Of a stretch of 64,000 bases of DNA, positions 19,201-28,495 are shown piece after piece (the stretch's first letter is position 1; every line of letters starts with the position of its first letter). Origin of the DNA: a virus; the IMG/VR virus record IMGVR_UViG_3300032677_000006; one strand, written 5' to 3'. Both the position numbers and the translations under genes were made by a program. The notes under the pieces are model-generated. The model made no database searches. It was not told where the DNA came from and was given only the letters and a program-made list of their open reading frames with translations.

Positions 19201-20727
19201 TTAAACGGCGATTGTTCCGAGAAAAGCGCGGACGGCTTCGGGCATCTGCTCCAGCTCCTGCTTTTTCCAGGCCCGCACGGTGGGCCAGATTTGTTTGGGC
19301 TTGAACATGTGGGCGTTTTTCAGCCCGGGGGCGATGTTGGGCAGCACGTCCTTGATCCAACCCTCGAAATCGTAGTCCGGGTCGTCGTAATGGCCGCCCC
19401 GGCGATGCTTGGCGATGGTTTCCTCCATCGTCCGGCGAGTGCCGGTGAAGTGGTAGATCAGCGACCGGGGAATGCGGCTCAGCGGGATGTAGGGGCTGCG
19501 GCAGGACGAAAAGGTGACCGTCTCTCCGATGTAGACAACCGCCAGGTCCGTGGCGAAGTCCACCGGGTAGCCGGGGAAGCCGATGACCGGAATCATCTGA
19601 CAGGCAATGGCTTTGTGCCCCTGCTCCACGTATTTCTGGATCAGGCCCAGCGTGCCCGGAATCCACAGCTCGTCACCGTCTACAACCAGGATGTGCTGGT
19701 AGCCCAGGCTGCGTATCCAGCGCAGGCTCTCGTTGCGCACGCGCGTCTCCACCTGGATGCGGGTATCGAGGGCGACCTGAAACTGTTCCACATGGAACTT
19801 GCGGTGATGCACCGTCGCGCCGTCGGCTTTCACCGTCTCGATGACCTTGGCCAGCGCCTCGGTGTCTGCCGGTTCAATCGCCTCGCCGGACCAGTAGCGG
19901 TCCGGCTCGCAGAAGCAGAAGTCTTGCACGCCCTCGGTCATCAGGCGTCGGCAGACGTCCAGCAGGCAGAGATCGTCCTTGGTCACCTGCATGTAGGCGA
20001 CATACGTGGTCTTGGCGTTCACCGGCTCCGGCGCGGCCTGCTGCGCCTTGGGGCCGTCGTCCAGCGGAAAGTTGCGCGCCTTCCGGAAATTGTAGAGCAT
20101 CTGGGACGCGTTCCAACGCTCCTTGGACGCGTGTAACCGGTCGTGGTCGTCGCGGTTGCGCTTGCCGCAATCCGGATGTAAATGCTCAAACAGCAAATGG
20201 TCGGCGTTAATAACCACACCGTCACGCCGGGCGACGTCGCCAAATTCTGTGTCGTTGAACATGGACCGGTATTTTGGGTAAAACACGTAGCCGAACCGCT
20301 CGTAGCGCTTGCGCGTCAGGATGGACAATACGAAGATGTCATGCACGTAGCCGTCCTCGACCTTGACCACGTACTCGCCGTCCTCCCAGCCTTTCGGCTC
20401 CAGGCTCAACAGCAGTTCGTCCCAGTTGCGGGGCGGCACGAAATCGTCGGCCACGCAGATGATCACTTTGCCGGTCGTGGAGGCGCAGGCGACATTCCAG
20501 CCCGCGTTGCAGTCGGGACTGCCGGTGTTTACGACCACCAGACTGCGGTCATGCGATTCCAGCGCGGCCAGGGCTGCCTTGAATGAAGCGTCGTCATCCT
20601 GATCCACAGAAATGACCCATTCGTGGTTCTTGCTGACTGAGCGTTCGTTCCACAGCTTAACCACTTCCGGTATGGTGGCGGGGCGCACGCTAGTGTAGGC
20701 GAGAGAAAATACAGGTGTGTCAGTCAT
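19201..20727 (-). CDS. two-domain GT-A (GT2-like) glycosyltransferase
   Basis: ICVADDFVP, FNDTEF, FEHLHP; second domain LVVDGDELW. Confidence 0.85.
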   Translation of the reverse strand: MTDTPVFSLAYTSVRPATIPEVVKLWNERSVSKNHEWVISVDQDDDASFKAALAALESHDRSLVVVNTGSPDCNAGWNVACASTTGKVIICVADDFVPPRNWDELLLSLEPKGWEDGEYVVKVEDGYVHDIFVLSILTRKRYERFGYVFYPKYRSMFNDTEFGDVARRDGVVINADHLLFEHLHPDCGKRNRDDHDRLHASKERWNASQMLYNFRKARNFPLDDGPKAQQAAPEPVNAKTTYVAYMQVTKDDLCLLDVCRRLMTEGVQDFCFCEPDRYWSGEAIEPADTEALAKVIETVKADGATVHHRKFHVEQFQVALDTRIQVETRVRNESLRWIRSLGYQHILVVDGDELWIPGTLGLIQKYVEQGHKAIACQMIPVIGFPGYPVDFATDLAVVYIGETVTFSSCRSPYIPLSRIPRSLIYHFTGTRRTMEETIAKHRRGGHYDDPDYDFEGWIKDVLPNIAPGLKNAHMFKPKQIWPTVRAWKKQELEQMPEAVRAFLGTIAV

Positions 20728-20733
20728 AATTCT

Positions 20734-20746
20734 GTTCTCAAAGAAC
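20734..20746. promoter_or_regulatory. palindromic pair of GTTCT motifs serving divergent genes
   Basis: GTTCT-CAA-AGAAC in the 19-nt gap between ATG 20727(-) and ATG 20747(+). Confidence 0.6.
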
Positions 20747-21064
20747 ATGAATCAAGTACTGCTGCGCGACGCCGCCGCCCTGAAAATGCGCTGCGTGGCC
20801 CTTTCCGCCAAAGCGGACCCGCTGATCGCGGCGGCGGGCTTGCTGAACGAAACTTTGGCGCTTAACCGCGCCCTGCTGGAATTGGTCCAGCGCGCTTTAA
20901 CCGAAGATGAAACCGCCAAAAATACTCAGCCAGCTGGTGGACCAGTACCAGCAGAAACACAATCGCCCGCCGGAACGGATAGTCGTCCACCCGGCGGCAG
21001 CGGTCATCCTGGCCCACCGGCGGTCCCTGGGGCCGGTCTGGAACGGGCTGCCCGTGGTGTGTGA
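20747..21064 (+). CDS. hypothetical protein
   Basis: ATG 8 nt after GTTCT; helical N-terminus; 3' end overlaps the next ORF. Confidence 0.45.
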   Translation: MNQVLLRDAAALKMRCVALSAKADPLIAAAGLLNETLALNRALLELVQRALTEDETAKNTQPAGGPVPAETQSPAGTDSRPPGGSGHPGPPAVPGAGLERAARGV

Positions 21065-21155
21065 AGAGGTCAAGCCGGTAGAGCTGGGTCACCGGCAGGC
21101 GACCGCGCTGGGCGTTACTGTATACAAAAACGCCCTGATTGGGTTTGACCTGTGA
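20907..21155 (+). CDS. hypothetical protein
   Basis: GTGA coupling to the FkbM gene. Confidence 0.55.
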   Translation: MKPPKILSQLVDQYQQKHNRPPERIVVHPAAAVILAHRRSLGPVWNGLPVVCEEVKPVELGHRQATALGVTVYKNALIGFDL

Positions 21156-21769
21156 CCAGCTTCAGCCAATACAACGAGGACAGCCTTGTCGCCGACTTCT
21201 TTGGCAGCCACGTCGGAACTTTTCTGGACCTCGGCGCGGCCAATGGCATAAGCGGCAGCAACACGCGCCGCCTGGCGCTCAATGGCTGGAGCGGCTGGAT
21301 GGTGGAACCGCTCCACTGCCAGTTCAGCGAACTCCTGGAGAACTACCGGGAACTGCCGAGCGTAAACCTGCTCAACTGCGCCATCAGCTCCGACGCCCGG
21401 ATTTTGAAGTTCACCACCGACGGGCACCTAAGCACCGGGGCCTGCTGGCAGGTCGAGCGGCGCAAGACCGAGACTCCCGGTCTCTCCTGCCATTACCTGG
21501 CGTCGATCACGCCCGCATCCCTGTGGCAGCTGACCGGCCAGCGGCCTTTCGACTTCGTCAGCATCGACTGCGAGGGCCTGGACCAGGAGATCATCCTGGC
21601 GTCGCACCAGCTGCTCAAGGACACGCGTCTACTTTGCTACGAGATGGGCAGGCCCAACGGCCCCTACGACCCCGCCTACGAAGCCAGCATGCACCACGCC
21701 GTCAGCCTGCTCGGTTTCACCCGCATCATCGGCACAACCACCGGCAACACCCTGGCAGCCCGACCATGA
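21152..21769 (+). CDS. FkbM-family methyltransferase
   Basis: FSQYNED, FLDLGAANGISGSNT, VEP, FVSIDCEG. Confidence 0.9.
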   Translation: MTSFSQYNEDSLVADFFGSHVGTFLDLGAANGISGSNTRRLALNGWSGWMVEPLHCQFSELLENYRELPSVNLLNCAISSDARILKFTTDGHLSTGACWQVERRKTETPGLSCHYLASITPASLWQLTGQRPFDFVSIDCEGLDQEIILASHQLLKDTRLLCYEMGRPNGPYDPAYEASMHHAVSLLGFTRIIGTTTGNTLAARP

Positions 21770-22410
21770 AACCCCTCAGCGAAATTTTCGACGTCCACTA
21801 CACGGAACGAGCCTGGGACTCCACCTCCGGCTCCGGCCCCGGGTCCGACCCGGCGCACTGCCGCCCGTACATTGAATTCGTGCAGATGCTGTTGCACGCC
21901 AACCAGAACTACCCGCACTTTCGCGTCATCGACTGGGGCTGCGGCGATGGCCGCGTGGCCGAGGCCATCCTCAGCGGCGTGCCGCGCAGCTACTACCAGC
22001 CCTACGACGTGTCGCCGGTAGCCCTGGAAAAGGCCAAAGCGCGCCTGCTGCCGCTCCTGCAACGGCATTACATCCAGACTTTTCCTCAGCTAGGCGAGCC
22101 TGGCGTTCCGCCGCCGGTGGACGAAGCGGTGGTCCTGGTCAAAGACGTCATCTGCCATTTAAGCCGGGCAGTCATCAACGAGCTTGTGCCTGTGCTCCGC
22201 AAGGCGAAAATGGTGGTCTTCTGCCACGACGACCCGATCATCTGGCCGGGCTGCCCGGCAGACATCAAGACCGGCGACTATCGACCTATCACCTTTACGT
22301 CGGAAGGCTGCCTGCCGGACTTCAGCTTTCCCTTCCCCAGCTTTTGGACGCTCAAGCTGGTGGAGGTTTTCTTTCACCCGGAGCGGTTGCAACTCGTTCA
22401 CTGTATTTAA
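21766..22410 (+). CDS. class I SAM-dependent methyltransferase
   Basis: SGPGS, VIDWGCGDG, KDVICHL; start MKPLSEIF overlaps upstream stop. Confidence 0.85.
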   Translation: MKPLSEIFDVHYTERAWDSTSGSGPGSDPAHCRPYIEFVQMLLHANQNYPHFRVIDWGCGDGRVAEAILSGVPRSYYQPYDVSPVALEKAKARLLPLLQRHYIQTFPQLGEPGVPPPVDEAVVLVKDVICHLSRAVINELVPVLRKAKMVVFCHDDPIIWPGCPADIKTGDYRPITFTSEGCLPDFSFPFPSFWTLKLVEVFFHPERLQLVHCI

Positions 22411-22413
22411 GCC

Positions 22414-22779
22414 ATGGCTGGCTGGCACGGAGTAGACTTGGACGGCACCCTGGCCCATGACACTGGTTTCCACGGCCCCGAGCACATCGGGCCGCCGGTA
22501 CCGGCGATGATGGCCCGGGTCAAGGCGTGGCTGCGCAACGGCGAAGAAGTGAAGATCATGACCGCCAGGGCGGCCAATCCAGGGGACCTGGCTTTCGTCC
22601 GGCAGTGGCTGACCGACAACGGGCTGCCCGCGCTGGAGATCACCAACCAGAAGGATTACCGCATGATAGATTTATGGGATGACAGGGCCGTTGAAGTGAT
22701 TCCGAACACAGGCCGCCCGGCCAATCCATTGCGCCGCCTGGCGCTGGACCCGCGCGACGTCGACGAGTCGCTGCCGTAA
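22414..22779 (+). CDS. minimal HAD-superfamily phosphatase
   Basis: GVDLDGTLA, IMTAR, K, WDDRAV. Confidence 0.85.
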   Translation: MAGWHGVDLDGTLAHDTGFHGPEHIGPPVPAMMARVKAWLRNGEEVKIMTARAANPGDLAFVRQWLTDNGLPALEITNQKDYRMIDLWDDRAVEVIPNTGRPANPLRRLALDPRDVDESLP

Positions 22780-22786
22780 TTAAGGC

Positions 22787-22993
22787 ATGACGAACAACTC
22801 TGTAAGCGGCATGGGAGCCGCCGGTGCTCCACGCTACGCCATTCCCGACTGGCTCAATCACACGGTCAACGCCAAAGACAACGACAAGGTCGTCGGCGCA
22901 CCTGATCAAAATCCAGGCCCCAACGCCAAGGGAGTGGTGAAAAACAACACCACTATCACAGGGCCGAACCAGTCCCTGGTCAATTTCGCCTAG
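22787..22993 (+). CDS. hypothetical protein
   Basis: GTAATTA motif 4 nt upstream. Confidence 0.55.
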   Translation: MTNNSVSGMGAAGAPRYAIPDWLNHTVNAKDNDKVVGAPDQNPGPNAKGVVKNNTTITGPNQSLVNFA

Positions 22994-23172
22994 CCGACCA
23001 CCGCGTCAAGCGCCGTCTTGGCCACAATCATCCAGGCGTCGCTCTGCTTGCGCTTGGTCGGATCGGCCCGGAACGTGCTCCAGGCGGGAAGCGGGTCGCC
23101 GTTGAAAGCTTTGCCGCCAACGGCGGCACAGTAGACGGTGTACAGCTTGTCTGCCAGTTCTTCGATGTCCAT
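22990..23172 (-). CDS. hypothetical protein
   Basis: GTTCT motif 7 nt upstream. Confidence 0.6.
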   Translation of the reverse strand: MDIEELADKLYTVYCAAVGGKAFNGDPLPAWSTFRADPTKRKQSDAWMIVAKTALDAVVG

Positions 23173-23199
23173 GCCTTGTAGAACTGATTCACGACACGC

Positions 23200-23928
23200 T
23201 TAGTTCTCGACCCTGCTGTTATTCCAGTCTGCGAAGGCTTTGTTCCAGAACGTAATCCAAAAATTCCACGTTTTTTCTTTGTTTTCGCGACTAAGCTCAT
23301 GATAGGCAGCCGCCATAAGACCGGCGTCAGCCTCAGTCAAAAAAGCCCTATAGCGCGCCTTGCATAATACGTATACAAAGTACAATGTTGCCGTGTAGCT
23401 TACTTTCTTGTATTTGATTTCAGCTTTAAGCCGGTTAACCAGTCTTGTGGTGAGGATGGTCAATTCAGACCAGGTTTCATGATCTTCTAGCGCGTTAGCC
23501 TCCGTATACACTCCTCTGTAATAGTGCGCTTTGGCCGGAGCGATAAGGTTGAAATTGGTCATTTGCCTATCGACCATAAATTTACTGTACTGCTTAGTAA
23601 TTTTGTAGTAGTGCTCCATTTCATACTCCGGCATGGGCAAGTTAAACCGGTTAACAAAAGTACGAGTCGGTAAACTTGAACCAGCTTTCGGAGGTTCAGC
23701 TTTCGGAGGTTCAGCTTTCGGAGGTTCAGCTTTCGGAGGTTCAGCTTTCGGAGGTTCAGCTTTCGGAGGTTCAGCTTTCGGAGGTTCAGCTTTCGGAGGT
23801 TCAGCTTTCGGAGGCTGAGCACCTGAAGCTACCAGGCTCTCTGTATACAGAGTAAGCAGGATTGTTTTGTGCTGCGGATCAGTGGTTGCGGCTATTGCCG
23901 CCAGATAGGAGTCTTGTAGTATTGGCAT
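23200..23928 (-). CDS. low-GC hypothetical protein with (PPKAE)n linker
   Basis: Open frame; GTTCT 7 nt upstream; visibly AT-richer than its flanks. Confidence 0.65.
   Translation of the reverse strand: MPILQDSYLAAIAATTDPQHKTILLTLYTESLVASGAQPPKAEPPKAEPPKAEPPKAEPPKAEPPKAEPPKAEPPKAEPPKAGSSLPTRTFVNRFNLPMPEYEMEHYYKITKQYSKFMVDRQMTNFNLIAPAKAHYYRGVYTEANALEDHETWSELTILTTRLVNRLKAEIKYKKVSYTATLYFVYVLCKARYRAFLTEADAGLMAAAYHELSRENKEKTWNFWITFWNKAFADWNNSRVEN
23682..23816. repeat. 15-bp tandem repeat, 9 copies
   Basis: CAGCTTTCGGAGGTT x8 perfect plus 1 variant; encodes PPKAE. Confidence 0.97.
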
Positions 23929-23963
23929 CCCCGCTAGAACCGAATTGCATCCGGTGGCTAAAC

Positions 23964-24074
23964 TTAAATGCCGCGCTCGCCTTCAACCCGGTGGGCCAGC
24001 CACTCGTCGTACCCGAGCCGCGTGTCGCCGTTGGCTACCTCGTATTCCCAGTCCTCGCGCGGAAACATGTCCAT
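23964..24074 (-). CDS. 36-aa micro-ORF, or frameshifted tail of the upstream gene
   Basis: Manual translation MDMFPREDWEYEVANGDTRLGYDEWLAHRVEGERGI. Confidence 0.5.
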   Translation of the reverse strand: MDMFPREDWEYEVANGDTRLGYDEWLAHRVEGERGI

Positions 24075-24244
24075 GTGCGCCTGACGCGCTCCACCAGGGC
24101 GTCGCGGAGCGCCCGCGTCAGCCGCTCCGGATCGGTGTCCGTGTTGGGCTGCGGATTCACGGTGGCGTCGGCGTACGCCAGCGGATCGAGGTCGTCCGGG
24201 TCCGCCACTTCCAGGAGGGTGGCCACTATGGCTTCAGCTTTCAT
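24035..24244 (-). CDS. LLE-motif protein, possibly frameshifted
   Basis: MKAEAIVATLLEVADPDDLDP. Confidence 0.55.
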   Translation of the reverse strand: MKAEAIVATLLEVADPDDLDPLAYADATVNPQPNTDTDPERLTRALRDALVERVRRTWTCFRARTGNTR

Positions 24245-25076
24245 AGCGCAAGCGCTGGTAGCCTTTTTCCTTGCCTGGCGACCACTCGTCGCCGATCACA
24301 ACCTCCTCCACACCCGGCAGCTTCAGCATCTTTTTAATCTCGTCCAAGTCAGTAAAGTCCGGAGAACCATCAGAGTCGGCGGCAGTCCAGTGGACCGTCT
24401 TCAGTCCCGGGTGGTAAAACAGGCAGCCGTAGTCGCCGCAGTGCTTGATCTTCCGGGCCACGGCCATCAGCCGGTCCTCCAGGTTGCTCTCCAGGAGAGC
24501 GTCTACAATGGACTCCGCCGTGCGCGCCTGCGGATGCCGAAGCTGGTGAGGCACGCGGCGCACAATGTCAGTGCCGTTCGGCGAAACTTCGGCTATTTGA
24601 TAGCCGCGCGGGTCGTCCCAGGCCAAGAAAATGTCCATGTAGCGCTGACCTTTGATGATTTCCATTATGGCAGCTTCAGCTGCCTTAACCGTTAGAAAAC
24701 GCTTAGCCCACGGCTCGTGAATTGTCCAGTGTCCCTCGTGCCCTTCACCGTACGAGCACACCCTGTCGGTGTAGTAATACTTCAGCATGTACGACTGGAA
24801 GCGGTGGTTGCGCTTCTGCACTTCAGTGAAAACGACAAAGTTGGTAAAACGCGTCAGCAGCTGATCCGGATCGTCAAAGTTTACGGCCTCAACGGTCGAC
24901 TTGAGCTTGGCCGCCGCATGCAGCGGGTTGACTACCTGCGGGTATTTCAGCGGCTTGCCGGGTGTCCGGCGGCGCTTCTCGAATTCGTCCCAGTCCACTT
25001 CCATTGTGCGGCCCCATTTGTCCAGGAGGCGGCCCCGGTGGTCGCGGCGCAGACCTTTTGGATTGTACTTGTTCAC
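24234..25076 (-). CDS. hypothetical protein with internal LLE motif
   Basis: 280-aa ORF; KLKSTVE-AVNFDDPDQ and AESIVDALLES. Confidence 0.6.
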   Translation of the reverse strand: MNKYNPKGLRRDHRGRLLDKWGRTMEVDWDEFEKRRRTPGKPLKYPQVVNPLHAAAKLKSTVEAVNFDDPDQLLTRFTNFVVFTEVQKRNHRFQSYMLKYYYTDRVCSYGEGHEGHWTIHEPWAKRFLTVKAAEAAIMEIIKGQRYMDIFLAWDDPRGYQIAEVSPNGTDIVRRVPHQLRHPQARTAESIVDALLESNLEDRLMAVARKIKHCGDYGCLFYHPGLKTVHWTAADSDGSPDFTDLDEIKKMLKLPGVEEVVIGDEWSPGKEKGYQRLRYES

Positions 25077-25077
25077 G

Positions 25078-25839
25078 TCAGTCGATCATGGCTGGTGTAG
25101 ACAGCTGCATGCCTTTGAGCTGCTCCATCAGCCGGTCCACTTCTTCCTGGGCCTTCTCCCGCTTCGTCTGGTCCAGCTGGATGTTCTGCATCGGCCCCGG
25201 AATTGCGCCAGAAAATTTCATCCACACTTCGCCCAGCAGCAAACGGGACTTGGCCAGTGACATGCGCTTGACCCAGTCTGCCGCCGTCAGGTTCAGCTTG
25301 GTGGTGTCCGTCTGCGGGAAGTAGCAGATCACGCCCGCCTGATAGCGCTCAATCGGATTGTGGATGTACAGGGCCTCTTCGACTTCGTCGTAAAACCAGT
25401 CGGGCCTGATGGACGTGACCCGCTGCCAGGTTTTGCGCCAGCGCAGAAAGGTGTCGTACTCGTCCAACCCGGTCCGAAACAGCGGCGCGGGGTTGATCAG
25501 GTTGCCATAAAAAATCTCAGTGGGGACTGGGTTGGGTTCGACAAAGTCGATACGAGCTACGCCAAGGCCGACGTCCACTCCTTGTAGATATTTGAATTGG
25601 CCCCGTACGAGCGGGAGGGTGCCAACTTTCGTCAAAGGGACCCACTGAGAAATCAAACCCAAGGAGTCCTGGATGCAGTCGTAAATTTGCTGGTTGGTCA
25701 GCTCGACGTTCCAGGTCGGCGCGCCAAGCTGACGCATGATGTAGTTGGCCAGCTGCTCCACGGCGTAGCCGCGCAGAGGCAGCGTGTCGGGGCTTTGAGC
25801 CGCTGTCACTCGCGGCTCGCTAGCGTTGCTGGTTGCCAT
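25078..25839 (-). CDS. neck/head completion protein, T4 gp13-like
   Basis: YIMRQLGAPTWNVELTNQQIYDCI; WVKRMSLAKSRLLLGEVWMKF..IPGP. Confidence 0.82.
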   Translation of the reverse strand: MATSNASEPRVTAAQSPDTLPLRGYAVEQLANYIMRQLGAPTWNVELTNQQIYDCIQDSLGLISQWVPLTKVGTLPLVRGQFKYLQGVDVGLGVARIDFVEPNPVPTEIFYGNLINPAPLFRTGLDEYDTFLRWRKTWQRVTSIRPDWFYDEVEEALYIHNPIERYQAGVICYFPQTDTTKLNLTAADWVKRMSLAKSRLLLGEVWMKFSGAIPGPMQNIQLDQTKREKAQEEVDRLMEQLKGMQLSTPAMID

Positions 25840-25859
25840 AGTGGCCTAACTACGATTTG

Positions 25860-25901
25860 AAAAAACAAAAGTGCGGTCGCAGCGAATAACGACCGCACTT
25901 T
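25860..25901 (-). terminator. intrinsic terminator
   Basis: AAAGTGCGGTCG / CGACCGCACTTT stem followed by TGTTTTTT on the minus strand. Confidence 0.8.
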
Positions 25902-25924
25902 CCCGGACCCCAAAGTCACCAAGA

Positions 25925-27139
25925 TCAAACCGCCTGCGGGTCCTCCGGATAGGCCGCCAGCACCTCGTGCATGTTGTCCGGATGCTTGGCCCGCGCGTGC
26001 TTGGTCAACTGTGAGCGAAACTTGAACTGCGCGCCGCACAGGGCGCAGACAAACTGATCCGCAGGCGTGAGCGGCTTAAGCGGCGGTGGCGCAGGCTCCT
26101 CCCCGGCGGTGACCGGGGTGACGTCGTCGTTCAACTCCGTCAACTCCGGCTCTGGCAGCGCCATGCCTTCGTTGAGCTGCTTTTCATCCGCCAAGGTAAT
26201 CACCGGCTCCGCCTCCTGGGTTTCCGGTTCCAGTTCCGGCTCAATTTCCTGGTTCAACCCGGGTGACACCGTATTCCGGATCACCGACTGCGGTACGGCT
26301 GTGGCCGGGATAACAGGCTGGCTCGCAGGCGTAGCTTTTAAGCGCCGGGGCTTTGGCTGCCCGGCGCGCAGCGGTGAATCCGCCGGTGCGTGCATGGTGG
26401 CCTGGTTGCCGAAAGGTGTGGGCGGTGGCGCGACCGGTGCCGCCTGCGTCGGATTGGCCTGGGCTTCGCGGAGCAGCGCCGTGGCGGACTCCGGGGCGGC
26501 GGCTGACGACGAGCTTTTGGCCATCTGCTGGATCAGCATGTTGCGGGTCGGCACGTTGGATGCGCCGCTTTCCACCTGCGTCAGATGGCTGGGCAGCGGG
26601 GCCGGTTTCTTGAGCATGCTGGGATCAATCGCGTACTTGATCGACGGCGGATTATTGTTGGGGCGGCCCGAGGTGTCCGTGTCCCCGTAATCCTCTGGCA
26701 CTTCGCGCACCCGGCGCACCAGGCCCTGCCTGCGCGCCTCGTCCATGGACATGGCCTTGATCGGATTGGCGTCGGCGGCCACCGGCGGCCTGAATACGGC
26801 TTTGGGCATGACCGGCGCGCGCTGGCCCTTGGAATTCAGCTCGAACTTGGACGTGGCCTGAACCGGGTTGGCGGAAACCTGCGGCTGCTGGTTGGCCACT
26901 ACCGGGATGCCGTTGATCGGCACCGGCGTCTCCGACAGCTCGCGGCTCAGCTGCTTGGCGTCCGCATAAATTTCCAGGTACGGGTCGTTAATCTTCTGAT
27001 CCGCGCGATCCAGAACGTACTCGCCTGGCTTCAAATACAAAGTGATGTTTAGTCGGGAAATGACCAGGTGGATCGGCCACTTGGCACCGTTGAAGTAGCC
27101 TGAAACGTGCGTCATTCCCGCCGGTAGATTTTCGCTCAT
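25925..27139 (-). CDS. protein with C-terminal classical C2H2 zinc finger
   Basis: FVCALCGAQFKFRSQLTKHARAKH; start MSENLP 8 nt after GTTCT. Confidence 0.75.
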   Translation of the reverse strand: MSENLPAGMTHVSGYFNGAKWPIHLVISRLNITLYLKPGEYVLDRADQKINDPYLEIYADAKQLSRELSETPVPINGIPVVANQQPQVSANPVQATSKFELNSKGQRAPVMPKAVFRPPVAADANPIKAMSMDEARRQGLVRRVREVPEDYGDTDTSGRPNNNPPSIKYAIDPSMLKKPAPLPSHLTQVESGASNVPTRNMLIQQMAKSSSSAAAPESATALLREAQANPTQAAPVAPPPTPFGNQATMHAPADSPLRAGQPKPRRLKATPASQPVIPATAVPQSVIRNTVSPGLNQEIEPELEPETQEAEPVITLADEKQLNEGMALPEPELTELNDDVTPVTAGEEPAPPPLKPLTPADQFVCALCGAQFKFRSQLTKHARAKHPDNMHEVLAAYPEDPQAV

Positions 27140-27164
27140 ACAGTCAAAGAACAGAAAACCAGGT

Positions 27165-27518
27165 TTACATCGGGTCGGTGCAAATAAAAATCGGAGTGTG
27201 ATCACCCAGGAAGGAACCGATGATGTTGAACTCGTACCACTCCCGGGCACTTTCAAAATCCATGCCGTTGCGAATCAACACCTCGATCACCTTGTCCGTG
27301 TCGTACGCTATCGCCCGCGTGCCGCCGAAGCGTTCCGCCAGGCCGATAATGGCGCAGTCGAACTCGTAATTGCCGGGATCGCCCAGAAAGAGCAGGTCCT
27401 CCTCGCAGTCGTATTCGCGCCAGGGACTGGGCTTGGCCTTTGGCGCTTTGGCTTTGCTGGCTGGTATTGGAGGAGACTTGGCGGCTGGCTTCGACGCGGG
27501 CTTGGCTTTATTTTTCAT
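27165..27518 (-). CDS. hypothetical phage protein
   Basis: DCAIIG...AYDTDKVIEVL...AREWYEFNIIGS; GTTCT upstream. Confidence 0.7.
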   Translation of the reverse strand: MKNKAKPASKPAAKSPPIPASKAKAPKAKPSPWREYDCEEDLLFLGDPGNYEFDCAIIGLAERFGGTRAIAYDTDKVIEVLIRNGMDFESAREWYEFNIIGSFLGDHTPIFICTDPM

Positions 27519-27536
27519 CCCGCCAAGAACTGGCTT

Positions 27537-27875
27537 TTATGGCGCGTCGAAATCCAGGGTGGCGCGCCTGATCTCCAGCTGCTCGTATGGCGCGACACAG
27601 AGATAGTGGGCGCTGACCGGATCAATGTAGACGTATACATCAGGCACCGGCTCGCTGAGATGCAGTTCCCGCAGCCTGCGGGTGATGGCGGTGCCGTGGC
27701 CCGGATGACGCAGTTCCAGGTAGTCGCCGACATTGACGTGGAGCATGGACCGCACCACCGGGGTCAGGTAAACCCCGGCTTCGCACGTGTCCAGCAGGCC
27801 CGTCTGGATCAGTACGGTATGCGGTAAAAGCTGTGGTCGTGGATCACCACCACCGGCTTGTGGTTTATCGCCCAT
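27537..27875 (-). CDS. hypothetical protein, possible double-psi beta-barrel; start uncertain
   Basis: Two pseudo-repeats: VYLTP...LHVNVGDYLEL and VYIDP...LCVAPYEQLEI. Confidence 0.4.
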   Translation of the reverse strand: MGDKPQAGGGDPRPQLLPHTVLIQTGLLDTCEAGVYLTPVVRSMLHVNVGDYLELRHPGHGTAITRRLRELHLSEPVPDVYVYIDPVSAHYLCVAPYEQLEIRRATLDFDAP

Positions 27876-28276
27876 GTTGGCTTTTCGTCGCTTCGCGTGA
27901 AATGCGTGGCCCCGTGAGTTAGGTTGCCCAGGCGTTCCGGGTGGTTGACCACCACGTCCGCCAGCTCCAGGGCCAGCGGCCACGCCGGGCTGGCCCAGTT
28001 GCGCTCCACCAGGTGCTCGACCGAGGTCCGGTTCAGGCAGGAAAAGGCGTGAACGGAGCCGACTTGGCGGGTTACCGTGAAAAGCGGGGTGCGTCCTTTG
28101 TCTACGCAGCGCCGGTGGATAACTTCGCCGACGGCCTCCATGCCGTCACGGCCCTGGCTACCGGCTTCGGCCACCAGGACTGCGGCGATGACTTTCACCT
28201 GCCAGGTTTGGGACCGGCAGATCGGTGCGGCCAGGAGTATAATTCCAGCCGCTAGGGCGTATTTGAGCGTAGACAT
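27809..28276 (-). CDS. SleB/Hydrolase_2-family cell wall hydrolase with signal peptide
   Basis: VLVAEAGSQGRDGMEAVGEVIHRR, AFSCLN, GATHF, HSFY. Confidence 0.88.
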   Translation of the reverse strand: MSTLKYALAAGIILLAAPICRSQTWQVKVIAAVLVAEAGSQGRDGMEAVGEVIHRRCVDKGRTPLFTVTRQVGSVHAFSCLNRTSVEHLVERNWASPAWPLALELADVVVNHPERLGNLTHGATHFTRSDEKPTWAINHKPVVVIHDHSFYRIPY

Positions 28277-28490
28277 TGGTAGGGTCTTTTGTGTTAGCTC
28301 CTTCATCCTGAAGGAATTCGTTGAAAATGGCAACAACATTGTCGCCCTTTTTAACGGTGATGCCTCCCGTCCGCCGCTCCAGCTGGCAGCCTGTCCGCCG
28401 GGCGATGTGCAGCAGGTCTTTTTCACTGTACACCTTGCCCCGACGCCAGGTCCGGGAAAAGTGTCGGCCCGCTAAACGGTAACGAAACAT
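28158..28490 (-). CDS. hypothetical protein
   Basis: GTTCT upstream; overlaps the hydrolase 5' end. Confidence 0.4.
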   Translation of the reverse strand: MFRYRLAGRHFSRTWRRGKVYSEKDLLHIARRTGCQLERRTGGITVKKGDNVVAIFNEFLQDEGANTKDPTNVYAQIRPSGWNYTPGRTDLPVPNLAGESHRRSPGGRSR

Positions 28491-28495
28491 GCGCC

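Noticed and set aside
23682-23816. 15-bp repeat as CRISPR or origin iterons
   Set aside because: No spacers; in-frame coding repeat
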